Shown: one piece after another, positions 27,594 to 36,285 of the stretch
Layout of the letters: each line of letters opens with the position of its first letter
How positions within the stretch are numbered: position 1 is the stretch's first letter
Position numbers and translations under genes: made by a program
The notes under the pieces: model-generated
Told to the model about the DNA's origin: nothing
The model's database searches: none
Seen by the model: the letters and a program-made list of their open reading frames with translations, nothing else
Origin: Gemmatimonadales bacterium
Lineage (GTDB): Bacteria; Gemmatimonadota; Gemmatimonadetes; Gemmatimonadales; GWC2-71-9
NCBI GenBank assembly: GCA_013813435.1
Contig: JACCRS010000151.1
Coordinates: 1-49,478, forward strand
Reading direction: 5' to 3'
Length of the DNA: 49,478 nucleotides

Positions 27594-28532
27594 TCAGGCC
27601 TCTCGAACCGAGGGGGGGTTCGGCGCGTCACGCCGAAACAGAAGGGGGATGGCGGGTAGCACTTCGGTTGCGGTGAGCAGGAGCCGGCTTGCGATCGCCA
27701 GCGCGGCTGCTGGTTTGAGTCCTATATCACCGGCAAGCAGAAGGAGAAAGACCGATTCCCTGGGGCCGAGACCGCCCGGCGCGAACAAGGCAAGAAAGCC
27801 TGCGAGGTACGAGCAGGTGAACACTCCCACCGCCTGAGGCAGATTCAGGGCAACACCGGGCAGCAGTCCGCGGGCGAGCAGCAGCAGCGCCAACCCATAC
27901 CCGCACCATGCTATTACATTGGCGACAAACGCTACCGCTACCATGGTGGGAGCGATGGCGCGGAGGGTGGGCCACGAGCTCGGAAGCAGGCGTCCGATGC
28001 GGTCGAGCGCCGGCTGTGAGGTGAGGGTCGCAACGCCGAGAAGGGACAGGACAATAACCACCCCCGCGATGGGCTCGGCCCCCTGCCCCACTGTCTGAAA
28101 GGCGTCGCGCGCGGTCAGGGAGATAACTGCGGCACCGCTTGCGAGGGCCAGTACCTGAAGTACTAACGCGCCTGCCACGGCCACCGCTGGATCGACCCCG
28201 GAACGCTGGGCTAGCACCGCGGCACCGGCGACAGCCCACACTTTTCCCGGCACGTACTTGCCCAGGCTGGCCAGAAACCAGATGCGCGTCGCCGTCATGA
28301 AGGGGAGCGGCTCTCCCATGCTGAGCACCACCCGGCGCCACGCCTCGATCAGCATCGCATAGCTGGCGAAGACCACGAGCACGCTGGCGGCTATCCATTG
28401 GGGCGAGAGTTGCCATTCGATCGGCTGCGCCCGCAGGCTCTGCCAATTGAGGGCCAAAGACCGGACGGCGACCCCCACAAGCAGCGCACCCGCGACGAAC
28501 TGAAAGGCGCGCCAGATTCTACGCTGCACCAT
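27594..28532 (-). CDS. UPF0104 / lysyl-PG-synthase (MprF) transmembrane-domain-type flippase-like protein
   Basis: Polytopic, with the family-typical LGKYVPGKVW and FAPGGLGPRESVFLLLL motifs. ATG 28532 (MVQRRIW) is preferred over 28580. Confidence 0.65.
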   Translation of the reverse strand: MVQRRIWRAFQFVAGALLVGVAVRSLALNWQSLRAQPIEWQLSPQWIAASVLVVFASYAMLIEAWRRVVLSMGEPLPFMTATRIWFLASLGKYVPGKVWAVAGAAVLAQRSGVDPAVAVAGALVLQVLALASGAAVISLTARDAFQTVGQGAEPIAGVVIVLSLLGVATLTSQPALDRIGRLLPSSWPTLRAIAPTMVAVAFVANVIAWCGYGLALLLLARGLLPGVALNLPQAVGVFTCSYLAGFLALFAPGGLGPRESVFLLLLAGDIGLKPAAALAIASRLLLTATEVLPAIPLLFRRDAPNPPSVREA

Positions 28533-29982
28533 TGGACCGATCCCGGTGCGCCTGCGCTGGTACTGCGTTGCCTGATGCATCTTCTATGGCGGAGGGGTGG
28601 TCGCCGGGCAAGGCCGTCAGCAGAACTTGCCCGTCGGCCGTGACTCTCGCGGCCCGCACCGAGCGGCGAAACCGGCGCCATTCGACCACCTTTTTTGCCG
28701 AAGCAAAATATGGCCGGTCGTGCGCCAGCGTCTCCAGCAGGGACACAAAGGCGGGCTCCGCCCCGGGGAATCCCAGCGCCTCTGTAAGGTTAGGATGCCA
28801 CAGGCCCACCCAGGCACCCTCCACCGCCCTGCACTGGCGCGAGAGCTCGATTCCATCCTGCACCCAAAGGGGGGCCTCCTCTATCCCGGCATATTTACTC
28901 AGGGCACGGTCCATCCACACCAGGGGCAGGAGGTCGAGCGGCAGTATGACCTGGCGCGCTGCGTCCCACGCGGGCACCACATCGGCTACCCCCAAGCGGA
29001 AACCGTTTCGATCAGGGAACCCATAGGTGGCATCGTAATCGAAGCCCGCCTCGACCATGGCGCGCTGGGTGGAGCCAGGGCGCATCCGAAGAAAATGCTG
29101 CCGCACACCTTCGATTGGCTTCTCCACCAGGCGGCCGAGCCAGCGGCGTTGAGACGCCATGCGCACAGCATCTCCTCCGGTTTCGAAGCTGCCGTGGAGG
29201 CCGATCTCGTGGCCCGCGCGGGTCACCGCCGAGAGTATCCGGTGAGTCGCGGGCGCATCGGGATGGTAGGTGCAGTCTCCGGACACCATGGATCGGAGCG
29301 AGGGCTGGGCGCATATGACAAACCAGGTGGCGGGGATCCCATGGTGGGCTTCGATCTGAAGCACGCCGTTAACACCTTTGCTGATCGGATCGCGGCCGAT
29401 GCTGCGGCGGGCCGCCCGTGCTACGCGAGCACTGAGCCGCCAAGCTCCCTTCCTTCCGAGCTCCGCCATGCGGAGCAGCGGCAGGAAGCCCCACCACTCC
29501 ACCACATCGAGATCGTGCGTGATTACCACCGCCCACCGGCGGTTGTCGGGCCATGGCACCAACAGTCGCACCGGCCGCCGCCCGGCAACCGCGACCGCCG
29601 CACGGCGCAACTCCGCCGCGAGCACCGAAACCAGCGGTTCGCGGCTCCGGCCCGCCGCTACGAGCGGATTTTCCCCTGCCGGCACCCGGCCATGCCGGTC
29701 GGCGGCCAGGGACCGCTGCTCGACGGCGCCACCCGCAACTTCGGCAACCGCGGCTAACGCAGCGATGGTAATACCTACCTCTCCACTTGCGCGATGAAGC
29801 GCTGCACCCGGCGCCAGATCAGCCACCGGACTGCCGGATGAAGCATGTTCCAGCACGGTGATGCGGACCACGTCGACTTCGGCTTGCTCCGCAACCAGCA
29901 GGCGCGAGAGATCGATCAGAACATCGAGACCGAATCGCTCTGCGGGCTCCAGTCGGTTTCCCGGCACCTCTATCCGGATCAT
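28519..29982 (-). CDS. CE4-like polysaccharide deacetylase family protein with ~150-aa unknown N-terminal region
   Basis: VVITHDLDVV (TxDxD-type motif 1) and HEIGLHGSFE (His-His motif 2). ATG 29982 forms an ATGA overlap with the upstream LbH gene stop. Confidence 0.6.
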   Translation of the reverse strand: MIRIEVPGNRLEPAERFGLDVLIDLSRLLVAEQAEVDVVRITVLEHASSGSPVADLAPGAALHRASGEVGITIAALAAVAEVAGGAVEQRSLAADRHGRVPAGENPLVAAGRSREPLVSVLAAELRRAAVAVAGRRPVRLLVPWPDNRRWAVVITHDLDVVEWWGFLPLLRMAELGRKGAWRLSARVARAARRSIGRDPISKGVNGVLQIEAHHGIPATWFVICAQPSLRSMVSGDCTYHPDAPATHRILSAVTRAGHEIGLHGSFETGGDAVRMASQRRWLGRLVEKPIEGVRQHFLRMRPGSTQRAMVEAGFDYDATYGFPDRNGFRLGVADVVPAWDAARQVILPLDLLPLVWMDRALSKYAGIEEAPLWVQDGIELSRQCRAVEGAWVGLWHPNLTEALGFPGAEPAFVSLLETLAHDRPYFASAKKVVEWRRFRRSVRAARVTADGQVLLTALPGDHPSAIEDASGNAVPAQAHRDRSNGAA

Positions 29983-30443
29983 GGCCACCCCGCATCGGGC
30001 ACGAGCTCACGAACCGTCCGGGCGGGTTGTCCTGCTACGACATGGAGCGAGGGCACGTCGGAAAGCACCACGCTGTTGGCTCCTATCACCGCCCCTCGCC
30101 CGATGCGAACTCCGGGCAGCACCACACAGCCGGAGCCGAGCCACGCGTCATCTTCGATTACGATAGGTCCACGCGAGAGAGGTGCAAAACCGCGGATGCG
30201 AGAGTGGTTCGGGTGGGAGGAGGTTACCAGGGTGACGCGCGGAGCGATGCTTACCCGGTTACCGATGGTGATATTCCCCCGCTCTTCCAGCTCTTCTACG
30301 ATGAGCAGGTCGTCCGCTATGTAGACCTCACGTCCGATCGTGAAGCCACACGACCGGAGCAAGCTTACGCGCCAGGCCGGGAAGAAAGCGTTCCGAGCCC
30401 AGCGCTTCAAGAGTTTCTTTCGAAGGCGCCACGCGAAGCTCAC
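29979..30443 (-). CDS. left-handed beta-helix (hexapeptide-repeat) acyl/acetyltransferase
   Basis: ITIGNRVSIAPRVTLV...IVIEDDAWLGSGCVVLPGVRIGRGAVIGANSVV, hexapeptide repeats as in WcaF/LacA-type O-acetyltransferases. Confidence 0.8.
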   Translation of the reverse strand: MSFAWRLRKKLLKRWARNAFFPAWRVSLLRSCGFTIGREVYIADDLLIVEELEERGNITIGNRVSIAPRVTLVTSSHPNHSRIRGFAPLSRGPIVIEDDAWLGSGCVVLPGVRIGRGAVIGANSVVLSDVPSLHVVAGQPARTVRELVPDAGWP

Positions 30444-30446
30444 GAG

Positions 30447-31490
30447 TTATCCCAGGTAGCGGTAGAGGCCCGAGCCAAGACGCGCGACGCTGGCCGGCAG
30501 GTGGGACCAGAGCGCGGCGGCCGTGGCCATCGGGCCGCGGTTACGCGGAGCGAGGTTCAGACCAGCGGGCGCGGGCCAGTAATCATAGGCCAGCGGTAAG
30601 GCCTGTCCACCCCAGCGCCGCTTGAACTCGACGAGGCCTTCCTGCTCTGGCGCCGCGCGACCCATGTCGAAGCGGCAGCCGGCCGCGATAGCATCCTGGA
30701 TTGCAGCCCATAGCAAGAGGTGGTTTGGCCGATGCTCGAGCTGCGCCGGATCGGAAGCGCCAAAGGCGTAGATCCATGACCGGGCACCTTTCCAGGTGGT
30801 AATGGCGGCCGCTGGAGCCCCGCTGCTCGGGAGCGCGAGATATAAGTCGGCCAGGCCCGCTGCCTGCAGCCGGCGGCACCCCTCGATGAAAAACCGCCGC
30901 GGCGGCGCCGGCAGGCCGTGCCCGTGCGCGGTGCGCTCCTCCAGCTCGGCCATGATGAGCCAATCGCTGGTAGACTCTCCGCGGCGAATTACAAGACCGG
31001 ATTTCCGGCCTTTCTTGATGCTGCGCTGGGTGCTGCCGGCATGCAGCTGCCGCCAGACGAAAGGTTCCCCGCCGTCGGTTGGAATTTCATAGGTTGCATA
31101 ACGAGAGGCGCGCTGAAATTCCGGAGCGGGCGGGTATTCCCCTCTGGATTTAAGCTCGACCCGGGAGACACCGCGCTCTCGGGCCCGGTCCACCACCGCT
31201 TGGGACAGGGCGGCAGCGGTGGCAGCATCGTTAGCCAGTGGACCGGATGCATAGCTGAATGGCAGGCTGACGAACCTTCGGGGTCCAATCAGCGGCGGGA
31301 TTTCGGCTACCGCGAGGATACCGCACAGTCCGCCGCCTGTGGTCGCCGAGTAGTAATCGAGCCGGAGCCGGTAAATGTCGGCCAGGCATTGGGCCCATTC
31401 CGGGCGATGATAGAACGTGCCATGCGCTACGGCAAAGGCACGCCAGTCCTCCGGCGGTTCAACGCCGCGGCTTATGGTCAGCGACGGCAT
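30447..31490 (-). CDS. FemAB-like tandem-GNAT acyl/aminoacyl-transferase
   Basis: 347 aa. FYHRPEWAQCL near the N-terminus and LVEFKRRWGG near the C-terminus (FemAB-family FKxxFG-like motif). Confidence 0.6.
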   Translation of the reverse strand: MPSLTISRGVEPPEDWRAFAVAHGTFYHRPEWAQCLADIYRLRLDYYSATTGGGLCGILAVAEIPPLIGPRRFVSLPFSYASGPLANDAATAAALSQAVVDRARERGVSRVELKSRGEYPPAPEFQRASRYATYEIPTDGGEPFVWRQLHAGSTQRSIKKGRKSGLVIRRGESTSDWLIMAELEERTAHGHGLPAPPRRFFIEGCRRLQAAGLADLYLALPSSGAPAAAITTWKGARSWIYAFGASDPAQLEHRPNHLLLWAAIQDAIAAGCRFDMGRAAPEQEGLVEFKRRWGGQALPLAYDYWPAPAGLNLAPRNRGPMATAAALWSHLPASVARLGSGLYRYLG

Positions 31491-32667
31491 CGTACACTTC
31501 CAGGAAGCTGGCTATGGCGGCATCGGGGGAATAGGTGCGGAGGGCATGCTCCCGCCCTTCCAGCGCCAGCCGTTCGCGGAGAGAAACGTCGGTGAGCAGA
31601 CGCTGGATCTGGTCTGCGAGGTCATCCGGATCGCCGTCTCGGGCAATGAGTCCGGTTCGCTCATGGATCACGACCTCTGGTATGCCGCCCGCGGCGGTTC
31701 CCACGACCGCCGCGCCCGCCAGAATAGCCTCCACCAGGGTCAGGCCGAGCCCTTCGGCGTTACCGCGGCTGGGCAAGACGGTGACCATACTCGCGCCGTA
31801 TTCCGCGGCCATTCGAGGCTGGGAAACGAACGGCGCCCAGGTGACACGGCTGGAGATACCGAGCGAACGCGCCAGGACTTCGAGCTTCGATCTGAGCGGA
31901 CCCTCGCCCAGGATCTTGAGCTCGCAGGCTACGCCTCTGCGCCCGAGCTCCGCCGTCGCTCTGAGCAGTACATCCACTCCCTTGCTCGGCACCAGGTTGC
32001 CGGCGTAGAGGATGCGAGGCGGTTGCTGCTTTGGTGTTCGGGCACCCTGACTGAACGCCGCAACGTCCAATGGCATCGGCATTACCTGGATCTCGGTACC
32101 GAGGGCGGGTAGCAGCCTGCGAAGGTCGTCCGCCAGAAATTTCGAGACCGTAGTAATTCGAGCTGCGCGCCGGAATGCGGGCAGGGCAATCCTTCGCATG
32201 AGACTCGACCGCTCCAGCAAGCGGACGTCCGAGCCGTGACAGGTTATAAGGTACGGTGCCGGCTCACGACTGACGAACCATCCCGCCGGCAGCCACCAGT
32301 GGGCATGAACCACGTCAGGCGCGAACCGGAGCGTCGCGGTGTGGACCGCGCGAGCGAAGGCCAGGAGAAAACCCGGGAAGGCGAGCGCGGCCAAGGGAGA
32401 GCGTAATGTCCTACCGTGGAGGTTGCCGGTATATGCAACCCGCTCAAGCGCTTCAGGACCGTACCGGAAGCGGCGGATCCGAAGTCCCGCAACCTGCTCT
32501 TCCCCAGCAGTACCCGGCGCATGGGGCGCGATGACCTCGAGCTGATGTCCCCGGGCTGCCGCGCCCTGTGCCAGCCGGGCCACGAAGGCGCCGGCAGGGT
32601 CGCCGGAAAAGCGGGGGTAGTTGTGGGTAACCGTCAGGATACGGAGGCGCTTACCTGGCGAGGGCAT
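31459..32667 (-). CDS. glycosyltransferase family 4 (GT-B)
   Basis: RILTVTHNYPRFSGDPAGAFV N-terminus, and a C-terminal EGLGLTLVEAILAGAAVVGTAAGGIPEVV (E-x7-E region). ATG 32667 preferred. Confidence 0.8.
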   Translation of the reverse strand: MPSPGKRLRILTVTHNYPRFSGDPAGAFVARLAQGAAARGHQLEVIAPHAPGTAGEEQVAGLRIRRFRYGPEALERVAYTGNLHGRTLRSPLAALAFPGFLLAFARAVHTATLRFAPDVVHAHWWLPAGWFVSREPAPYLITCHGSDVRLLERSSLMRRIALPAFRRAARITTVSKFLADDLRRLLPALGTEIQVMPMPLDVAAFSQGARTPKQQPPRILYAGNLVPSKGVDVLLRATAELGRRGVACELKILGEGPLRSKLEVLARSLGISSRVTWAPFVSQPRMAAEYGASMVTVLPSRGNAEGLGLTLVEAILAGAAVVGTAAGGIPEVVIHERTGLIARDGDPDDLADQIQRLLTDVSLRERLALEGREHALRTYSPDAAIASFLEVYDAVADHKPRR

Positions 32668-33787
32668 TTCGATACCATCCCTCGCACAGCCCGGCGACAT
32701 GGTCCGGTGCCAGGCGTGCGCGCCAGGACTCGCCGACGAGGCGCCCCATGGCCAGACGATCGGGGTCGCCCTGGAGGTCCAGCACGCTGTCAGCCAGTGC
32801 CTCGGGCGATGGCAGGGTAAGCCGGCCCGGGCCTGACTCCGGCACGATACTCACCGCGGCGCCGCTGTCCCAGCTTGCCACTACCGGCACGCCACAGGCT
32901 AGCGCCTCTATGGTGGCAAGTGCTACACCATCTTCCCGGGCGGTAAAGAGCATGACATCGGCGCGCTCGAGATATGTTCGCGCCTCCGCTCCTGAGGTGG
33001 CCCCCACAAATCGAACCAGCGATGAGATCCCCAGGCGCGACGCACGCTGCTCCAGAGCTCCACGCTCGGGTCCATCTCCGACGATGGTGAGGGGAAAGCC
33101 GTGGCCGCTGGAAGCGAGTAGTGCCACCGTATCGAGCGCCAGATCGACCCGCTTCGATGGTGCCAGCCGGGAGATGACTACCGCACCGCCGCCACCTCGG
33201 GTCCAGGGATACCCGCGGGTGTCGGCCGGCATCGGGTGAATGTACGGAGTGTCCACGAAGCGGCCCACCGCAGCCTGAACCCAGTTGCCCACCTCCCTCG
33301 AAACCGCAGTGACGATAGACGCCCGCTGGAGCAGGGGACGTGCGAGCGATCGGGCAACGCGTGACCGTTGAAGCAGGGAGCCGTCGGCTCCGTAAACCGT
33401 TACCACCAAGGGAACGCCGGAGGGAGCTGCCAGTCCGGCCGGCAGCCAGGAGTGCGCGTGCAGAACGTCGGCGCCGGCCGCGATCTCATCTCGGAGCACC
33501 GCCCTCATCGCACGCCGGAGCCGGCGGAGCGCCAGCCACCCGACGGGACTTCTCAGGGCTGCGGCAACTTTATGATCGCTCGAGAGCCGGTCGCGAACCG
33601 ATCTGCCGACGCGAACTCTTGCAACCGGAACTCCGTCCACCTCGATCTCGCCGCCCTCACCGCTCGGAGTAACAACGCGAACCGAGATCCCGCGGCGTTT
33701 GAGGGCTGACGCAAGCGTGCTGAGCGGGGCGCCGGAGAGATCGCCAGGCCTGCGGAGGTAATCGTGGGTCAGGAGGACGACCCGCAC
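32651..33787 (-). CDS. glycosyltransferase family 4 (GT-B), paralogue of the next gene
   Basis: VRVVLLTHDYLRRPGDLSGAP N-terminus, DGVALATIEALACGVPVVASWDSGA C-terminal motif. Confidence 0.8.
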   Translation of the reverse strand: MRVVLLTHDYLRRPGDLSGAPLSTLASALKRRGISVRVVTPSGEGGEIEVDGVPVARVRVGRSVRDRLSSDHKVAAALRSPVGWLALRRLRRAMRAVLRDEIAAGADVLHAHSWLPAGLAAPSGVPLVVTVYGADGSLLQRSRVARSLARPLLQRASIVTAVSREVGNWVQAAVGRFVDTPYIHPMPADTRGYPWTRGGGGAVVISRLAPSKRVDLALDTVALLASSGHGFPLTIVGDGPERGALEQRASRLGISSLVRFVGATSGAEARTYLERADVMLFTAREDGVALATIEALACGVPVVASWDSGAAVSIVPESGPGRLTLPSPEALADSVLDLQGDPDRLAMGRLVGESWRARLAPDHVAGLCEGWYRNALAR

Positions 33788-33790
33788 CGG

Positions 33791-34747
33791 TCAATCCCGG
33801 ACGTCGGGCTTCTCGAGCCGCGCGAGACCTCGGCCGATCTCCCGGGTTTCCTCGCGCATTCCGGCGATTATCTCACCCAGAAAGCCGAATCCGAAGAGGA
33901 CTATGCCGCTGATAACCATCATCTCAACGAGATTGAGGAGCGGCCGGAGACCAATACCGTAGGCAAAGCGGAGGACCAGCGCAGCGATCCCGGCCAGAAA
34001 GCCGATGACGAAGACGATGGCGCCACCGACCCCGAAGAAAAGCATCGGCTTCCGCCCGAACCGCAGCTGGAACCAGACCGATATCAGGTCAAAGAGTCCA
34101 ACGGGTATCCGCCTCCAGTTGAACTTGGAGATTCCCGCCCTGCGGGGGTAGAGCGGAACCGGCAGCGAGGTGAGCCGGTAACCGTCGGCGGCGGCTATGA
34201 CCACCATGTAGCGATGCCAATCGGGCCGGAGCGGCACGCCCAGCATTACCTCGCGCCGGTAGGCCTTGACTGAATTAAGATCGGTTACCCGGACCCCAAA
34301 GAGCCATCGACAAAGGCTGTTGTAGATCCGGGAGACGAAAGCCTTCTCGTATCTGCCCTGTTTGGTTCCGGTGACGATATCGGCACGGCCGTCCAGAATC
34401 GGCGCCACCAGGCCGGGGATGTCCTCGGGCAGGTACTGCAGATCAGCCGGATAGAAGACAAAGACGTCGCCCCTAGCAACTTCACCCGCGGATCTGAGGC
34501 TATCCGCGATTCCACGCTGCCGGCGATGATTGATTACTCGGAGAAAAGAGTATCGCAGCTCCAGCTCCCGAAGCACCCCATCGCTGCCGTCGCGAGAGCC
34601 ATCGTTGACGATGATCACCTCGAATGAGAAGCCAGCGGGCGCAAGCGCCGCCTCGCAGCGCTGCAAGAGCTCGGGAAGGTTTGCCGCCTCGTCCTTAGCC
34701 GGGACGAGCACGCTCACATCCAGCGTCTCGACCGGAACGATGGTCAT
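33791..34747 (-). CDS. GT2 polyprenyl-phosphate glycosyltransferase (ArnC/GtrB-like, two C-terminal TM helices)
   Basis: VSVLVPAKDEAANL...EVIIVNDGSRDGS...FYPADLQY, a GT-A core followed by two hydrophobic helices (MLFFGVGGAIVFVIGFLAGIAALVL; MMVISGIVLFGFGFLGEIIAG). The ATG overlaps the rpoN TGA (ATGA). Confidence 0.75.
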   Translation of the reverse strand: MTIVPVETLDVSVLVPAKDEAANLPELLQRCEAALAPAGFSFEVIIVNDGSRDGSDGVLRELELRYSFLRVINHRRQRGIADSLRSAGEVARGDVFVFYPADLQYLPEDIPGLVAPILDGRADIVTGTKQGRYEKAFVSRIYNSLCRWLFGVRVTDLNSVKAYRREVMLGVPLRPDWHRYMVVIAAADGYRLTSLPVPLYPRRAGISKFNWRRIPVGLFDLISVWFQLRFGRKPMLFFGVGGAIVFVIGFLAGIAALVLRFAYGIGLRPLLNLVEMMVISGIVLFGFGFLGEIIAGMREETREIGRGLARLEKPDVRD

Positions 34748-36285
34748 ACCCGCTTCCGCATGCGCGCCGGAAGGATGCCCAGCTGATCGCGGTACTTGGC
34801 GACCGTACGGCGGGCGATCTGGATTCCCTGCTCCTGAAAGAGATGAACAATCTGCTGGTCGGTGAGCGGCTTGGCGCTGTTCTCCTCGCCCACCATTTTC
34901 TCCAGCTTGGCGCGGATGGAGCGGGCGCTCGCATCTTCCCCCGATGCGGTGGAGAGCGCGCTGGAAAAGAAGAACTTGAGCGGGAGAACACCGCGAGGGG
35001 TCTGCACGAACTTCTCGTTCGTCACCCGGCTCACGGTGGACTCATGCATGTTGATGACCTCCGCGACTTCGCGGAGGGTAAGAGGCTTTAGATACTCGAT
35101 GCCCTTTTCAAAGAAGTCGCGTTGCCGATCGACGATGAAATTCATGACCTTGAGCATGGTCTGGCGGCGCTGCTCGATGGCCTGGATCATCCAGTTGGCG
35201 CTGTTCATCTTCGAGGCGATGAACTCGCGGTTCTCGGGCGTCATCTTTTTCTTGTCGCGCGCGATCTCCTGATAGGAACGGCTCAACCGCAGCCGAGGCA
35301 TGCCTGTGTCGTTGAGAAATACATGATAGCGAGTCCCGATCTTATCAACGATGAGATCCGGAATGATGTAGCCATCGCTCTGCTGCGAATACTTGAGACC
35401 GGGCTTGGGGTCAAGCCGGGAGAGCTGATCGGCTGCGGTCTGTACCGCGCCAGGTTCGACCCCGAACCGCTTGGCAAGGTCGTTCCATCGATGGGCGATC
35501 AGATCGGGAAATGCCTCGGCTACGAGGCGATAGGTTAGAGACGAGGTGTCCGCCAGCTCCACCAGCTGAATCAGGAGGCACTCGCGCAAGTCCCGGGCAC
35601 CAGTGCCCGAGGGATCCAGGCGCTGGATGACCGTGAGCATCTCCTCGGCTTCCTGAAGGGTGTAAAAGGGGGGAGAGGACGAAGAGGACGGAGCAGATGC
35701 GTTGGCTGAGCCGCCGGCTGCCGACGGGATCTCGAAAGTCTCAAGCCCTCCATCTTCTCCGCCATCTCCGTCTTCTCCGCTAACTCTTACGTGCCCCGAG
35801 AGGAGCAGATTCACCGAGTTGAGAATGTCCTCGAGCGGCGCCGCGAGGTATCCCTCCTCGTTGACATTGCCCAGGAACTCCTCGGCGAGCAGCAGTTGGC
35901 GCGGCGTTAAGACGAGCATCTGGAGCTGGTCCCGCAGATGATCGATGAGGTTGCGGGACTCGACCGTGACGGGCTCGGTGTACTCCAGCTGCTCGTATTG
36001 CTCCCGAGTGCCGCCCACCTCGAAGCCGTTAAGAAGTATCTCCTCCCAGTCCACCTCGTCCTGCTTGTCTTTCTGCTCCTTCTCCTCTTTAGCGGTTGCC
36101 GGTTCCGGCTGCGCCTCCTCTTCCGGCTCCAACAGCTCGAGGAACGGATTGGCCAGCAGTTCCTGCTTCAGGTGTTGCTGGAGGTCCATCATAGGCATGT
36201 ACAGCATGTCCATGGCCTGATAGAGCCGGGGATTGACCCTCAGCTCCTGGCGCATGCTGGTATGCTGTGACAGGCCGGTTCTCAT
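34744..36285 (-). CDS. rpoN: RNA polymerase sigma-54 factor
   Basis: N-terminal Gln/Leu-rich region I, acidic region II, C-terminal HTH and RpoN box ARRTVAKYR. Confidence 0.9.
   Translation of the reverse strand: MRTGLSQHTSMRQELRVNPRLYQAMDMLYMPMMDLQQHLKQELLANPFLELLEPEEEAQPEPATAKEEKEQKDKQDEVDWEEILLNGFEVGGTREQYEQLEYTEPVTVESRNLIDHLRDQLQMLVLTPRQLLLAEEFLGNVNEEGYLAAPLEDILNSVNLLLSGHVRVSGEDGDGGEDGGLETFEIPSAAGGSANASAPSSSSSPPFYTLQEAEEMLTVIQRLDPSGTGARDLRECLLIQLVELADTSSLTYRLVAEAFPDLIAHRWNDLAKRFGVEPGAVQTAADQLSRLDPKPGLKYSQQSDGYIIPDLIVDKIGTRYHVFLNDTGMPRLRLSRSYQEIARDKKKMTPENREFIASKMNSANWMIQAIEQRRQTMLKVMNFIVDRQRDFFEKGIEYLKPLTLREVAEVINMHESTVSRVTNEKFVQTPRGVLPLKFFFSSALSTASGEDASARSIRAKLEKMVGEENSAKPLTDQQIVHLFQEQGIQIARRTVAKYRDQLGILPARMRKRV

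Noticed and set aside
28597-29757. 386-aa plus-strand ORF
   Set aside because: It is antisense to the CE4-like deacetylase gene, which is embedded in an overlap-coupled minus-strand chain. The translation is Arg/Gly/Pro-rich with no motif.
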